Below, one piece after another: positions 1 to 10,399 of a stretch of DNA of 64,000 bases; position 1 is the stretch's first letter; the number at the start of each line of letters is the position of its first letter. This DNA comes from Desulfatiglandales bacterium. Its GTDB lineage: Bacteria; Desulfobacterota; DSM-4660; Desulfatiglandales; HGW-15. The stretch is taken from the NCBI GenBank assembly GCA_963667015.2, contig CAXXJJ010000004.1, positions 2,976,001-3,040,000 on the forward strand, given 5' to 3'. The notes beneath the pieces are model-generated. The model worked only from the letters and a program-made list of their open reading frames with translations. It did no database searches and had not been told where the DNA came from. The position numbers and the translations under genes are program-made.

Positions 1-4
1 GTGG

Positions 5-32
5 GTAGGGGCACGATGCGTCGTGCCCCTAC
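5..32. repeat. GTAG-type REP-like palindrome
   Basis: GTAGGGGCACGA-TGCG-TCGTGCCCCTAC, perfect 12-bp stem downstream of a gene end. Confidence 0.7.
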
Positions 33-82
33 AGCTAATAGATCGAAATGACAAGCAAAGACAATACATCTTTAAGTCGATA

Positions 83-772
83 TTAGTGCTCGTCCAGCTG
101 AAGGCCCCATCCCTCAAACAGATACATGATTGCAAATCCATACCACAGGGTATACCCCACGTAAAAAATAAGAGAAAAGATAACAACCCATAACCGCTCA
201 CTTATTTTCTGTGGTTCAATTTTATAGTAATTATAAGAGGTCTCAACCGCCTTTTTTCTTAAGAGATCAACTATCTTTGCCTCTTCAAATTTTTTCTGTC
301 TCTTTAAATCCTTATCCATTTCCCCGCACACAGCCCACCAGTTATACAAAACCTGCCGTTCATTATATCCGTATTTTTCAGTAATCGAGTTTCCTTCGTT
401 TTTATACATGCTGTCAGCATCCGCCAGGCAGCTATCAAGGATTTTTCCAAGATCGCCGGAAACCTTTAGCTTATTATCCAGTATTTCAACCTTTGCTCCG
501 CTCTTGGAAAACAGGATGGCAGTCTGTTCAGCAGCAGATGAATCATTAACTCCAACAGTCAGGCTGACACTTTTTCCAATGAGTTTATCCGTATCTTCTT
601 TTACCTTCGGAATATAGTAGGCTGATCCCTTTGAGATGGAGTTATAGAGTGCATCAAGATATTCAAGACCATTATGCCCCTTGAATACCGGTGAAAAAAT
701 AATCACGAGGACAGCAAAAAAGAGCAGCAGTGCAATTCCGCCTTTTGCAAATACCTTTTTATTGGTTATCAT
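83..772 (-). CDS. Conserved membrane protein associated with TauE/SafE transporter
   Basis: 229 aa, N- and C-terminal hydrophobic helices; start overlaps the TauE stop (ATGA). Confidence 0.75.
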   Translation of the reverse strand: MITNKKVFAKGGIALLLFFAVLVIIFSPVFKGHNGLEYLDALYNSISKGSAYYIPKVKEDTDKLIGKSVSLTVGVNDSSAAEQTAILFSKSGAKVEILDNKLKVSGDLGKILDSCLADADSMYKNEGNSITEKYGYNERQVLYNWWAVCGEMDKDLKRQKKFEEAKIVDLLRKKAVETSYNYYKIEPQKISERLWVVIFSLIFYVGYTLWYGFAIMYLFEGWGLQLDEH

Positions 773-2061
773 GACTTTACCCCCTTTCTTTTGAGTGTAT
801 CGATGTTTTTAAGAAAGGTTCCTATTACCCACACGGTAAAGCCGCCTATTACGATAAAAAAGGCCCATATGCCTATCTTATCGAGAACAGCCCCGGTATT
901 TTTAGATATATTAATTACCTCCATTTCACCAAGCTTTGCAGGCAGCGCGAAAATCCTGTTAACAAATCCGGCAAGTACGGCCATTGCATAAAAACCATTT
1001 ATATAGATGGCCGGCACAACTTTTGTTACCATGGCACCAATCTGGATACCCAGAAGAGATCCCAGCAGCATACCCATTGCAAGGGTGTAAAAGATAAAAC
1101 CGTATATGGCATACTGGCTTATTGCGGCATAACCTGCTGTAAACACAATCTGGAAGATATCCGTACCAACGGTAGTCATCGATGATACACCCATGACATA
1201 TACAAAAATAGGAAAGGTGAGAAATCCTCCCCCGACACCCATGATACCTGCAGCAAAACCAACAATGGCCCCGCTTATGACCAAAAATACCCATGATATA
1301 CTTCTCCCGCCCGGGGTCAGGTCATGATCAAAAGTAATCATAGGCGGAACCTTTATTGACTGGATTCTTCTGGGAAGTTTTGCAATCCTTGCACTTCCCT
1401 CTGTTCCGGAATGGGCGCCATGTCCTGATCCGCCTCCATATTTTCTGGTCTTGAGAAAATCTGTCATCGCGTAGGCCCCGAGAAAACCGAGCATAAGGGA
1501 ATAGACTGTTGTTATAAATGCATCACTCAAGACAGGATTCATTTCATATAAAACCCTGTTAATGACTCCTCCTGCGGTGGCGCCAATCATTGCTCCCAGT
1601 AAAAAGACTACTGCAAGACGTACGGATACATTCCCAAGTTTTTTATGTATTACGCTTCCCATGATCGCCTTGGCAAATATGTGAAACAGATCTGTACCGA
1701 CTGCAAGAATACCTTTAATGCCCGCGCTCATCAGGGCAGGAGCGATAATAAAACCACCGCCTGCACCGATACATCCTGTTATGAGACCTGCACCAAGGCC
1801 GATTAATATCGAGACTATGAATATCCCGGTCGAGTAAAATGCCGGGCTGTAGGCTTTTTTTCCGCCAAGCAGATCAGGCAGTGCACCGTTTATCTGATCC
1901 GCAAAGGCAATACCACCCAGGACACATGGAATCGAAAGCAGTAATAAAATAAAAAGCCGCTTTCTGTCTCCAAGTATTCGTCTGGAGACATCGAGCTCCC
2001 ACCTGGCGTGAGCTCTTGCCCCCATCATCATAAAGCTACCAAGCTGTCTAAAAAAATTCAT
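769..2061 (-). CDS. Sulfite exporter TauE/SafE family membrane protein
   Basis: Two GxGGGF motifs (GAGGGF, GVGGGF), two VGTD motifs, many TM helices. Confidence 0.9.
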   Translation of the reverse strand: MNFFRQLGSFMMMGARAHARWELDVSRRILGDRKRLFILLLLSIPCVLGGIAFADQINGALPDLLGGKKAYSPAFYSTGIFIVSILIGLGAGLITGCIGAGGGFIIAPALMSAGIKGILAVGTDLFHIFAKAIMGSVIHKKLGNVSVRLAVVFLLGAMIGATAGGVINRVLYEMNPVLSDAFITTVYSLMLGFLGAYAMTDFLKTRKYGGGSGHGAHSGTEGSARIAKLPRRIQSIKVPPMITFDHDLTPGGRSISWVFLVISGAIVGFAAGIMGVGGGFLTFPIFVYVMGVSSMTTVGTDIFQIVFTAGYAAISQYAIYGFIFYTLAMGMLLGSLLGIQIGAMVTKVVPAIYINGFYAMAVLAGFVNRIFALPAKLGEMEVINISKNTGAVLDKIGIWAFFIVIGGFTVWVIGTFLKNIDTLKRKGVKS

Positions 2062-2087
2062 AATTATTAACTACCTCCTCATTATAT

Positions 2088-2525
2088 TTACTGTGACAGA
2101 TTATCCTGTTCTCCTTTAACTATTTCCTTCATTCCCCGGATCTTCTTTTCCTGTATACTCTTTTTCTTATGGGCATCCTGTATCTTGTAAAGCAGTTCAT
2201 CAAAATCTACCGGTTTCATAAGATAATCAAAGGCACCCAGTTCCATGCCTTCGATGGCCACTTCCGTGCTTGCATGGCCTGTGAGCATAATAACCTCAAT
2301 AAGCGGAAACTCTTTTTTAATTTCCCTCAACACCTGTATCCCGTCCATACCCCGCATGCGAACATCAAGCAGAACGATATCGGCCGAATTTTTTGCAAGC
2401 CATTCCAGGGCATCTTCTCCATTTTCTACCCCTGTTATTTCAAGCCCCCGCCTCTTTAAACGCTTTGCAAGGGTTTCGATATAATCCCTTTCATCATCTA
2501 CAATAAGGACATTAGTCTCATCCAT
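2088..2525 (-). CDS. Single-domain response regulator
   Basis: VDDE...LLDVRM...LTGH...YLMKP receiver motifs. Confidence 0.92.
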   Translation of the reverse strand: MDETNVLIVDDERDYIETLAKRLKRRGLEITGVENGEDALEWLAKNSADIVLLDVRMRGMDGIQVLREIKKEFPLIEVIMLTGHASTEVAIEGMELGAFDYLMKPVDFDELLYKIQDAHKKKSIQEKKIRGMKEIVKGEQDNLSQ

Positions 2526-2976
2526 TTTCCTTGCCTCCCTTTGACTTCATGGCGTCATGAATCTTTTCAAGAAGTTCATCCAGTTCACAGGGCTTTGTAA
2601 GGTAATCAAAGGCACCGTATTCAATGCCGTCCCTTGCAGCCATTTCGGAACCATGACCTGTAAGCATTATTACCGCCATCTGAGGATACATCTTCTTGAA
2701 AATCTTCAGCACCTCAATCCCGTCCATGTCTTCCATCTTAAGATCAAGCAGAGCCACATCAAAATCCTGTTTCCGCAGGGCACTTATCCCTTCCGAGCCG
2801 CTGTATGCCCTGCATACGTCAATGCCTCTTTTTGAAAGCCTGTTAGAAAGCACATGAACAAAACCCTTTTCATCATCAACAAAAAGAAGTTTTATTTTTC
2901 CGGATTTTTTTATTTCGCTCTCCATACACTCTCCGGTTTTTTCAGGCAGATCATTGTTTTGTCCAATCCTATCCAT
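2518..2976 (-). CDS. Single-domain response regulator
   Basis: VDDE...LLDLKM...LTGH...YLTKP. Confidence 0.92.
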   Translation of the reverse strand: MDRIGQNNDLPEKTGECMESEIKKSGKIKLLFVDDEKGFVHVLSNRLSKRGIDVCRAYSGSEGISALRKQDFDVALLDLKMEDMDGIEVLKIFKKMYPQMAVIMLTGHGSEMAARDGIEYGAFDYLTKPCELDELLEKIHDAMKSKGGKENG

Positions 2977-3400
2977 GCCTGGATGCTATCTCTTTTATTC
3001 TGGCCTCGCGGATCTTTTCCTCATGCTTACGCTTTTTAGCCGCAGCCTCGGTAACCTTGGAAACAAGCTGCTCTATGTCACATGGTTTCATCAGGTAATC
3101 AAAGGCCCCTATTTTCATGCCTTCAATCGCTGTTTCAACAGTCGCATGGGCCGTGAGCATGACTACTTCAACAAGGGGAAACTCCTTTTTAATCTCCTTC
3201 AGTGTATCAATCCCATCCATACCCGGCATCTTTACGTCAAGTACAACAACGTCGAGATTTTTATTATTACTCAGGCTTTCAAGGGCTTCAGGCCCGCTGA
3301 AGGCTGATATAACATTAAGGTCTCTTTTAACAAGCCGCCTGGTAATGGCCTCTACAAAACCGATCTCGTCATCAACTAATAAGACAAATGGGTTAATCAT
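2969..3400 (-). CDS. Single-domain response regulator
   Basis: VDDE...VLDVKMP...LTAH...YLMKP. Confidence 0.92.
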   Translation of the reverse strand: MINPFVLLVDDEIGFVEAITRRLVKRDLNVISAFSGPEALESLSNNKNLDVVVLDVKMPGMDGIDTLKEIKKEFPLVEVVMLTAHATVETAIEGMKIGAFDYLMKPCDIEQLVSKVTEAAAKKRKHEEKIREARIKEIASRHG

Positions 3401-3462
3401 AATAAATCTCCTTTCCTTTAAAACCGGATTTAAAGGGTTTGTCCGAACACAGATATATCAGC

Positions 3463-5142
3463 TTATCCTGACACCCCTGATACCGGTATTTTTATAAAGA
3501 AACTTGTTCCAGCTCCTACTGTACTGTGAACAACTATCTCGCCGCCCAGATTCTTCACGATTCCGTAACAGATCGACAGCCCAAGACCTGTGCCCTTTCC
3601 GACAGGTTTTGTCGTAAAAAAGGGATCGAATATCTTCTGCAGGTTGGGGCCGGGGATACCGGGACCGCTGTCCGTGATTTCAATAACTATAAAGTTGTTT
3701 TCCAGTCTGGTTGAAATCTTCAGTATACCTCCCTGTTTATCCATGGCATCAAGGGCATTGTTAATAATATTAAGGAATACCTGCTGCATCTCTGTCTGGG
3801 AAACTTCAACTTCAGGGATTTCATCCAGGTTCACATCCATTTCGACATTTGCATACTTTGCCCTCTGGGACGAAATAGCCACTATCTCTTCAACAATGTC
3901 ATTCAGCTGGGTCTTCCGGACCCTGGAATCGGTCTTTCTGGCAAAACTTAAAAGTTTCTGGGTTATCTCCTTGCACCTGTGCCCCTGAGTCCTTATCTGC
4001 CTGAGGGATCGTTTGAATTCTTCATTGTTCTTTTCAAAGGATTCCTCTCCTTCCGCAAGCAGATCCTCCATCCAGCCCGCCTCTTCAACCATTATAGCAA
4101 CTGGATTATTTATCTCATGTGCGATACCGGCAGCCAGCTCTCCTACACTGGCAAGCTTTCCGGTTTCTATTATCTGCTCATTCATAAACTGCTTTTCGTT
4201 TTCCGCCTTTTCAATATTTAAGGACATATTTTTAAAACGGACATAGGCCATTAAGATTGTTGTCATGCTTCCAAGCAGGATTATGATCAGTGCAATATTC
4301 AGGGCATCAAAAAAGACCGAAAAGGCATCCGACGCCATCTGCTGACAGACCAGAATCCACTCTCCTTTCTTAAGAAAGGCTGCGACGTATATGTCCTTCC
4401 CTGGTGTACCCTTTTTGATTTCCTCGAACAGGACCTCCTTTGCCCCTCTATAATTAAGAAAAGTCGTATAGGGAGGGTCGGCTGGATTTACATTAAACAG
4501 AGGTTTGGTCTGGAATTCCCCTTTTCGATTGAGGATAAAGGCAAAGCCTGTCTCACCGATACGCACATTTTCAACAAGATCGTTAAAGGCCACAAAATCT
4601 ATGGTTGCCCTTAAAAGCCATGGTTTTCCGTCTCTGACAGTTCTTACCGTGATTATAAAATGAGGGAGGCCTCTCAAACCAAGGAACACATCACTCAGAT
4701 AGTAAGGTTTTTCCATCGCCCTGTTGAACCATTCGGAGTTTGAGTAATCGGCCTTTCCAAGCTTGAAAGGACCTGCATATGCAACCTGAATCCCTTCAGA
4801 ATCTATTACACCAAGGTCAACAAACACCGCACTGTATTCCTCCTGGAGCAGCATAAGCTGCACCTCAAGAAAGGAATGGTCGCTTAATCTTTCTAAACTG
4901 CTGCTTTCTGCAATAAACCTGATGTTTCCAAGTTTTTCATCAAGGAAGCTGTCAATGTTGATTTTGTGTTTTTTGACAAGCGTGGAAAGATGGTCTTCAA
5001 CCTTTATTTTGTAGGAGTCATAAAGCTGATAGAGGATTACACCGCTTACGAGTATAAGCGGAATTATAGACGTAACCAGAACGCCTAAAAATCTGTCCTT
5101 CAGGAACAGTATAAAATAATTTTTTCCCTGACTGTTTTCCAT
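3463..5142 (-). CDS. Sensor histidine kinase with periplasmic Cache-like domain
   Basis: Two TM helices, AHEINNP H-box, N box, DSGPGI, FDPFFTTK, GTGLGL. Confidence 0.93.
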   Translation of the reverse strand: MENSQGKNYFILFLKDRFLGVLVTSIIPLILVSGVILYQLYDSYKIKVEDHLSTLVKKHKINIDSFLDEKLGNIRFIAESSSLERLSDHSFLEVQLMLLQEEYSAVFVDLGVIDSEGIQVAYAGPFKLGKADYSNSEWFNRAMEKPYYLSDVFLGLRGLPHFIITVRTVRDGKPWLLRATIDFVAFNDLVENVRIGETGFAFILNRKGEFQTKPLFNVNPADPPYTTFLNYRGAKEVLFEEIKKGTPGKDIYVAAFLKKGEWILVCQQMASDAFSVFFDALNIALIIILLGSMTTILMAYVRFKNMSLNIEKAENEKQFMNEQIIETGKLASVGELAAGIAHEINNPVAIMVEEAGWMEDLLAEGEESFEKNNEEFKRSLRQIRTQGHRCKEITQKLLSFARKTDSRVRKTQLNDIVEEIVAISSQRAKYANVEMDVNLDEIPEVEVSQTEMQQVFLNIINNALDAMDKQGGILKISTRLENNFIVIEITDSGPGIPGPNLQKIFDPFFTTKPVGKGTGLGLSICYGIVKNLGGEIVVHSTVGAGTSFFIKIPVSGVSG

Positions 5143-5194
5143 GTAAGTGTCCTATGTCCCATCGCATATGGACAGTTTAATCCGGGTTATTTTT

Positions 5195-5557
5195 CTACTT
5201 TTTCAAGAGCGCACTAACCACCTGTTTAAGGTTATCTATGCCATGCCCCCTCTTTTCAACAAAATGCAGAGGCTTGTATATGCCGCTGGCATCATCACGA
5301 TTGTTGCTGTATGAATGAAGGATAACGGGCAGTTTTGCAGTCATCTCGATAAGGGTCTGCATTAGTGTTTCATACTCAAGGTCCGGCAGATCAGGATCAA
5401 GGATAAGAAGTCTGATAGAATCATCGTGTCTGATGCGGTCAAGGATCTCTTCGGCGCTTTTTGCCAGTTCAATACTGTAGCCGTCTATCTTCATCTCACG
5501 TTTAAGATACTCTCTCACATTTTTATTTCTGTCTGATATGAGAATTTTTTTTTCCAC
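5195..5557 (-). CDS. Atypical receiver-domain protein
   Basis: KKILISD..., LLILDPDLP; GTG start with AGAGG RBS. Confidence 0.7.
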   Translation of the reverse strand: MEKKILISDRNKNVREYLKREMKIDGYSIELAKSAEEILDRIRHDDSIRLLILDPDLPDLEYETLMQTLIEMTAKLPVILHSYSNNRDDASGIYKPLHFVEKRGHGIDNLKQVVSALLKK

Positions 5558-5653
5558 TTTCTCATCGGCCTCTTAGTTTTATCTGCGCAGTAATAAATCA
5601 ACTTACATGCGGCTTGACCTTGCAGTCCTTCATACTCATACGAATAGATAGAG

Positions 5654-5670
5654 AGCAACTAATATGCCAA
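5654..5670 (-). promoter_or_regulatory. sigma54 -24/-12 promoter
   Basis: Minus strand TTGGCATATTAGTTGCT (GG-N10-GC); TGT-N11-ACA-like enhancer candidate at ~5762-5778; adjacent NtrC-family gene. Confidence 0.8.
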
Positions 5671-5813
5671 ATGGGAATGCGGTCAAAAAAGCATAACTAC
5701 CTGTTAAATTTAGCTATTCAAAATGACATGCTATACCGGGTAATTCACTTTTCTTTTTTTATGTCGGTTTTTTTTACACTATGTAAAAAGAAGAAACCGC
5801 ACAATATTATATT

Positions 5814-7244
5814 TTAGTCGTCCTTCACGGATGTTTCAAGAGTGATCTGATATTTTTCAATCCTTGAATGAAGCGTCGGTCTTGAGAGGCCCAGAAGCTT
5901 TGCGGCCTTTGTCCTGTTTCCGCCTGTGATGTTAAGGGCCTCCTTTATGAGTATGCCTGCGAAGTGATCCATGCATGAATCAAAGACATTGCCCCTGTTT
6001 TCGGATGACAGTTCTTCCCTTATCCAGTGTACAATCTCACGGTCAGTCTCTGTCTTTCCTTCGCCTCCTACAGCCATCTTACCGCTGATGGCCCTGGTTA
6101 TATCATCCAGGCTTATCGGGGTTCCACGGTTAAATATCAATGCCTTCTGAAGGATGTTTGAAAGTTCTCTCACATTTCCGGGCCATGGATAACTCACAAG
6201 CACCTTCTTTGCCTCCTCTGTTATGCCCGGGTTATTGATGCCCAGCTCATTTGCAAACCGGGGTAAAAAATAATCAACAAGAAGAGGGATATCCGCAGCC
6301 CTTTTATTTAAGGGAGGAAGACCGATTGTTACGACCTTGAGGCGGAAATAGAGGTCCTCACGGAATCTGCCGGCAGCAATTCCGGCTTCAAGATCCCTGT
6401 TTGTTGCCGCGATTATTCTAACATCAACAGGAATTGTAGATCTGCCGCCAAGACGCTCTATGCTCTTTTCCTGAAGCAGTCTGAGTATTTTTGCCTGTAT
6501 TCCGGGTGGCATATCCCCTATTTCATCAAGAAAGATGGTTCCGTGATTTGCCTGCTCAACCTTTCCGATACGCCTGTGGGTTGCACCGGTAAAGGCGCCC
6601 TTCTCATATCCGAACAGTTCACTTTCAAGCAGGGTTTCAGGTATGGCTACACAGTTGATCACAAGAAAGGGTTTTCCGGCCCTCAGACTGTGCTGATAAA
6701 GCGCCCTCGCTACGAGTTCCTTACCGGTGCCTGATTCACCGCGGATCAGGACGGTCGCATCTGTTGGTGAAACTCGGCCTATAGCCTTGTAGATCTCCTG
6801 CATGGCGCTGCTTCTGCCTATAAGCGCCTCACCGGAAGTACTGTCAGGGGCTGGATTCATGTTAACAGGCCTGCGCATGAACCTGGCTGACTCCATTGCC
6901 TGGCTGATTGTAGTAAGCATGTCAGGGACATCAAAGGGTTTAAGTATGTAATCAAAGGCACCCAGTTTTGTAGCCTCTATCGCAGTCTCTGTTGTACCGA
7001 AGGCCGTCATTATTATTGCAGGGAGTTTGGGATCAATCGCATTTATTTTTTTGTAAACCTCCATACCGTTCATACCCGGAAGTTTCATATCCAGCACAAC
7101 CACATCGGGAGGATTTTCCTGAACCTTCTTCAGCCCCAGTTCCCCTGAAGGAGCCGAAAAGACCGTATAGCCTTCTTCATTGAGCAGTTTTTCAAAACTT
7201 TTTCTTAAGGGATCATCATCATCAATTATAAGAATATTGCTCAC
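5814..7244 (-). CDS. sigma54-dependent NtrC-family response regulator
   Basis: Receiver + GESGTGKE + GAFTGA + C-terminal Fis HTH. Confidence 0.95.
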   Translation of the reverse strand: MSNILIIDDDDPLRKSFEKLLNEEGYTVFSAPSGELGLKKVQENPPDVVVLDMKLPGMNGMEVYKKINAIDPKLPAIIMTAFGTTETAIEATKLGAFDYILKPFDVPDMLTTISQAMESARFMRRPVNMNPAPDSTSGEALIGRSSAMQEIYKAIGRVSPTDATVLIRGESGTGKELVARALYQHSLRAGKPFLVINCVAIPETLLESELFGYEKGAFTGATHRRIGKVEQANHGTIFLDEIGDMPPGIQAKILRLLQEKSIERLGGRSTIPVDVRIIAATNRDLEAGIAAGRFREDLYFRLKVVTIGLPPLNKRAADIPLLVDYFLPRFANELGINNPGITEEAKKVLVSYPWPGNVRELSNILQKALIFNRGTPISLDDITRAISGKMAVGGEGKTETDREIVHWIREELSSENRGNVFDSCMDHFAGILIKEALNITGGNRTKAAKLLGLSRPTLHSRIEKYQITLETSVKDD

Positions 7245-8710
7245 TACTTTTTCACCCCTCCTGTAAGCGTAATAATAAATGTTGTTCCGCGGCCTTCCAC
7301 TGATTCAAATGAAATGCTTCCCCCGTGGTTTGTTACTATACGCTCTGCAATACTGAGTCCAAGCCCTGTCCCCTCCTCCTTTGTGGTATAAAAAGGCTGG
7401 GACACCTTTTCCTGTATCTTGTCCGGGATACCGGGGCCATTGTCTTTTATCTTTATAATGACCGCTTCACCGGCATTTTTGACTGCGCCCTGCTCCTCAA
7501 ATATATCGATCTTTCCTCCATCGGTCATGGCCTCACATGCATTTACCATAAGATTGACGAGCACCTCCTTGATCTGCTCAGGGTCTATCTCAATCTCCGG
7601 CAGCATTTTTTCTCTGTGCAGAGTGACCTCGACATTTCCGGATTCAAGCCTGTGCCTTAAAAGCTGTATCACCAGATCCACAATCTCAGAAGGGCTTGTC
7701 ATCTGCATTCTCAATTTAGGAGGCCGGGAAAATTCCAGGAAATTCTGCACAATGGTATCTATATGACCGATCTCTTCCGATATGACGTTGAAATCCTCTC
7801 TCTGGGATTCAGGCATATCAAGTGCCCTGCCCATTGAGAAAAGCCTCATTTTAACCGAGGTAAGAGGGTTCCTTATGCTGTGGGCCACTCCTGCGGCCAG
7901 TTTTCCGACCATTGCCAGTTTTTCTGCCTGCAGAAGTGTCTCCCTGCTTTTTTCAAGCTCCAGGCTGGTATGATCAATATCCTCGATGAGACCCCTTACA
8001 CCCATGCTGAGTGCCTTGACCTCATCACCCGGTTCCGTGGAATTTTGTTCCCTGGAGGTTTCCCGTACCAGAATTCTTATGGGTTCAAGGACCTGTCTGA
8101 TCAGCACCAGGGCAAGCACAATACCAAGACAGATGACAAAAAATATCGCGGTACCGGCAATAATCCTCAGCCTCCGCGCCTGTGCAAGGCTTTCATTTTT
8201 TATGGCAGACAGTCTTTCAACATAAAGCTCTTTGAATTTTTCACTCAATTCAAGACTTTTAAAAAAATGAAGTCGAGAATCACTGTGCAGTGCCTCTCCC
8301 GCCTCCCGGTTTCCTTCACGGTAAAAGGCAATAACCCTGTCCTTTAGTTCAATATATTTCTGATACTCATTTTCGAGATCATCCAGTGCCTCTCTCTCCT
8401 GTGCGGTCGCAACAAGATTATTGGCCTCTTTTATTCTTTCTCTGAATATCTGCCTGTATTCACCAAGCTGTCTGAGCCAGTCGGGATCGGAATCAAGTAA
8501 AAAGTATGTTACAAATCCCTTCTGATTCACAAGAGCGGTTTCAAGCTCTTCGACTATTCTGAAGGCCTCGATATTTTTGTCTACAATGTTCTCAAACATA
8601 CCCTCTATACGATAGGTATACCAGACAGTTACTATTCCTCCGGCACATGTTATAACAACCAGTGCGGCGATAATAATATATATTCTATAGCGAAGGCCCA
8701 GCTGTTTCAT
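7244..8710 (-). CDS. Sensor histidine kinase (4-helix periplasmic domain)
   Basis: Two TM helices, AHSIRNPL H-box, DNGPGI, GTGLGL. Confidence 0.93.
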   Translation of the reverse strand: MKQLGLRYRIYIIIAALVVITCAGGIVTVWYTYRIEGMFENIVDKNIEAFRIVEELETALVNQKGFVTYFLLDSDPDWLRQLGEYRQIFRERIKEANNLVATAQEREALDDLENEYQKYIELKDRVIAFYREGNREAGEALHSDSRLHFFKSLELSEKFKELYVERLSAIKNESLAQARRLRIIAGTAIFFVICLGIVLALVLIRQVLEPIRILVRETSREQNSTEPGDEVKALSMGVRGLIEDIDHTSLELEKSRETLLQAEKLAMVGKLAAGVAHSIRNPLTSVKMRLFSMGRALDMPESQREDFNVISEEIGHIDTIVQNFLEFSRPPKLRMQMTSPSEIVDLVIQLLRHRLESGNVEVTLHREKMLPEIEIDPEQIKEVLVNLMVNACEAMTDGGKIDIFEEQGAVKNAGEAVIIKIKDNGPGIPDKIQEKVSQPFYTTKEEGTGLGLSIAERIVTNHGGSISFESVEGRGTTFIITLTGGVKK

Positions 8711-8723
8711 ATTATATAAATTA

Positions 8724-9281
8724 TCAGGATATCGATTTCATAAACTGAAAGACAGCCTTAAATACATCGGTCAGCCTTAAAACACCTGCAATATCTTCCC
8801 CGCGTGTTACAAGCAATGATTGATGGTGTCCCATAACAAACTGATGTATCGCTTCTCTCAGCGAGGCATTTTCACTCACATACTCGCCTTCGGAAGGTGT
8901 GTACATGACCTCTTTAACATTAATATCCCTTGTCTTTCTGCATACAGTCTCAAAAGACTCCGAAAGCAGTGAATAGGTTTCCAGCATGTTTTTAAGAAAC
9001 TGAGGGCTGAATGCGACCCTTGACATTGATCTGCTGTGACCCATTTCACCGTATTTGGGTTCAAGGGCGGTAAGGACATCAAGCTGGCTTATTTTTCCAA
9101 TTACCTTTTTATTATCATCATAAACAAGCACTGCCCTGTGCAGATAAGCGGTATTGGACCTCTCCAGCTCCTCCTGCGCCTTTTCAAGGGCGAGTACTGC
9201 ATCGTAAAGAGTCGCCCCGTGAGAAACAGTTGCATATTCTTCGAGCGGAACCATAAGATCCTTCACTTTATATGTATCCAT
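8724..9281 (-). CDS. CBS domain protein
   Basis: Two CBS-like repeats (VKDLM...; VKEVM...GVLRLTD). Confidence 0.8.
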   Translation of the reverse strand: MDTYKVKDLMVPLEEYATVSHGATLYDAVLALEKAQEELERSNTAYLHRAVLVYDDNKKVIGKISQLDVLTALEPKYGEMGHSRSMSRVAFSPQFLKNMLETYSLLSESFETVCRKTRDINVKEVMYTPSEGEYVSENASLREAIHQFVMGHHQSLLVTRGEDIAGVLRLTDVFKAVFQFMKSIS

Positions 9282-9606
9282 TTATGCCTCCATTCATTTA
9301 ACAAAATAATATTATTTGTTTTTTTATTGTAATTTTAAATAGATAGGCTGAAATGCTACTTGTTTTCATCCTATATATCAAGCGAAATTGTCAGAAAATT
9401 TCCATTTTTTCAAGAGCATTCCTGCAAAGTCATGGTAAAAAAAAGAATTAATATAGCCTTTTCGGGTTTCCGTGCTCCAATAATCCGTTCAACCTAAAAA
9501 GGGGCAATACCCTGAAAGATTATCAGGGATTGACATATCCTCCTGTAATATATTATTAATTCCCAATTGAAAAGATTATAATTAAAACCTTAAACAAGAG
9601 CTGAAA

Positions 9607-9867
9607 ATGATTATTAAATGTCCGGAATGCGAACATGAGATAGAAGGAGTTGACTGCCCTTCATGCGGTGAATCAACCCCAAAAGAGAGTGTTTACTGTA
9701 TCAACTGCGGAAAAGGCCTTCAGGAAGACCCAGAGAGTTTAATAGAAGAAGATGGCGAAGATTTTGATCTGGACGACAGGGTTCTCTGCTCTGACGGAGC
9801 CTGCACTGGGATCATAATAGAGGGTAAATGCAGCGAATGCGGCAAACCGCCTGGAGCTGAGGCATAA
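9607..9867 (+). CDS. Small multi-zinc-ribbon protein
   Basis: CPEC, CPSC, CINC, CSDGAC, CSEC motifs. Confidence 0.8.
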   Translation: MIIKCPECEHEIEGVDCPSCGESTPKESVYCINCGKGLQEDPESLIEEDGEDFDLDDRVLCSDGACTGIIIEGKCSECGKPPGAEA

Positions 9868-10021
9868 ATCAGATAAAAATCATTAAACCCTGCGCCTTGA
9901 GCCTCTTGTCTCGCCGCTGCTTTGGCGTAGGCGGATGCGCCCTGCACCTGTCCGGTAAATGAATATTTTGTTTGAGGCCTGGTTAATATTTAATAAAAAA
10001 ACAGTACACTAAAGGAGTACC

Positions 10022-10393
10022 ATGTACGAGCTGAAAACAATAACTCAATTCGGTGCAGCCCACCAGTTGAGAAACTATAAAGGAAAGTGTGAACATCTTC
10101 ACGGTCACAACTGGAAAATCGAGGTTTATGTGAAGGGAGAAGAACTTGACGATGGAGGAATGCTCGTTGATTTCAAGATTATAAAGGAAAAGACTGATGA
10201 AATCATTGAGAGACTTGATCATAAATTTTTAAATGACATTGAATATTTTACCGAAATAAATCCTTCTTCTGAAAACATAGCCAAATATATTTTCGATGAG
10301 TTGTCAAAGGACATAAACGACAGCAGAGTCAAGATAAGCAGGGTCACGGCCTGGGAATCCGATAATGCATGCGCGACATATTCGGTTGGGTAA
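10022..10393 (+). CDS. queD: 6-carboxytetrahydropterin synthase
   Basis: AAH...CEHLHGHN...DH.FLN...PSSENIA...WES. Confidence 0.95.
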   Translation: MYELKTITQFGAAHQLRNYKGKCEHLHGHNWKIEVYVKGEELDDGGMLVDFKIIKEKTDEIIERLDHKFLNDIEYFTEINPSSENIAKYIFDELSKDINDSRVKISRVTAWESDNACATYSVG

Positions 10394-10399
10394 TCATTC

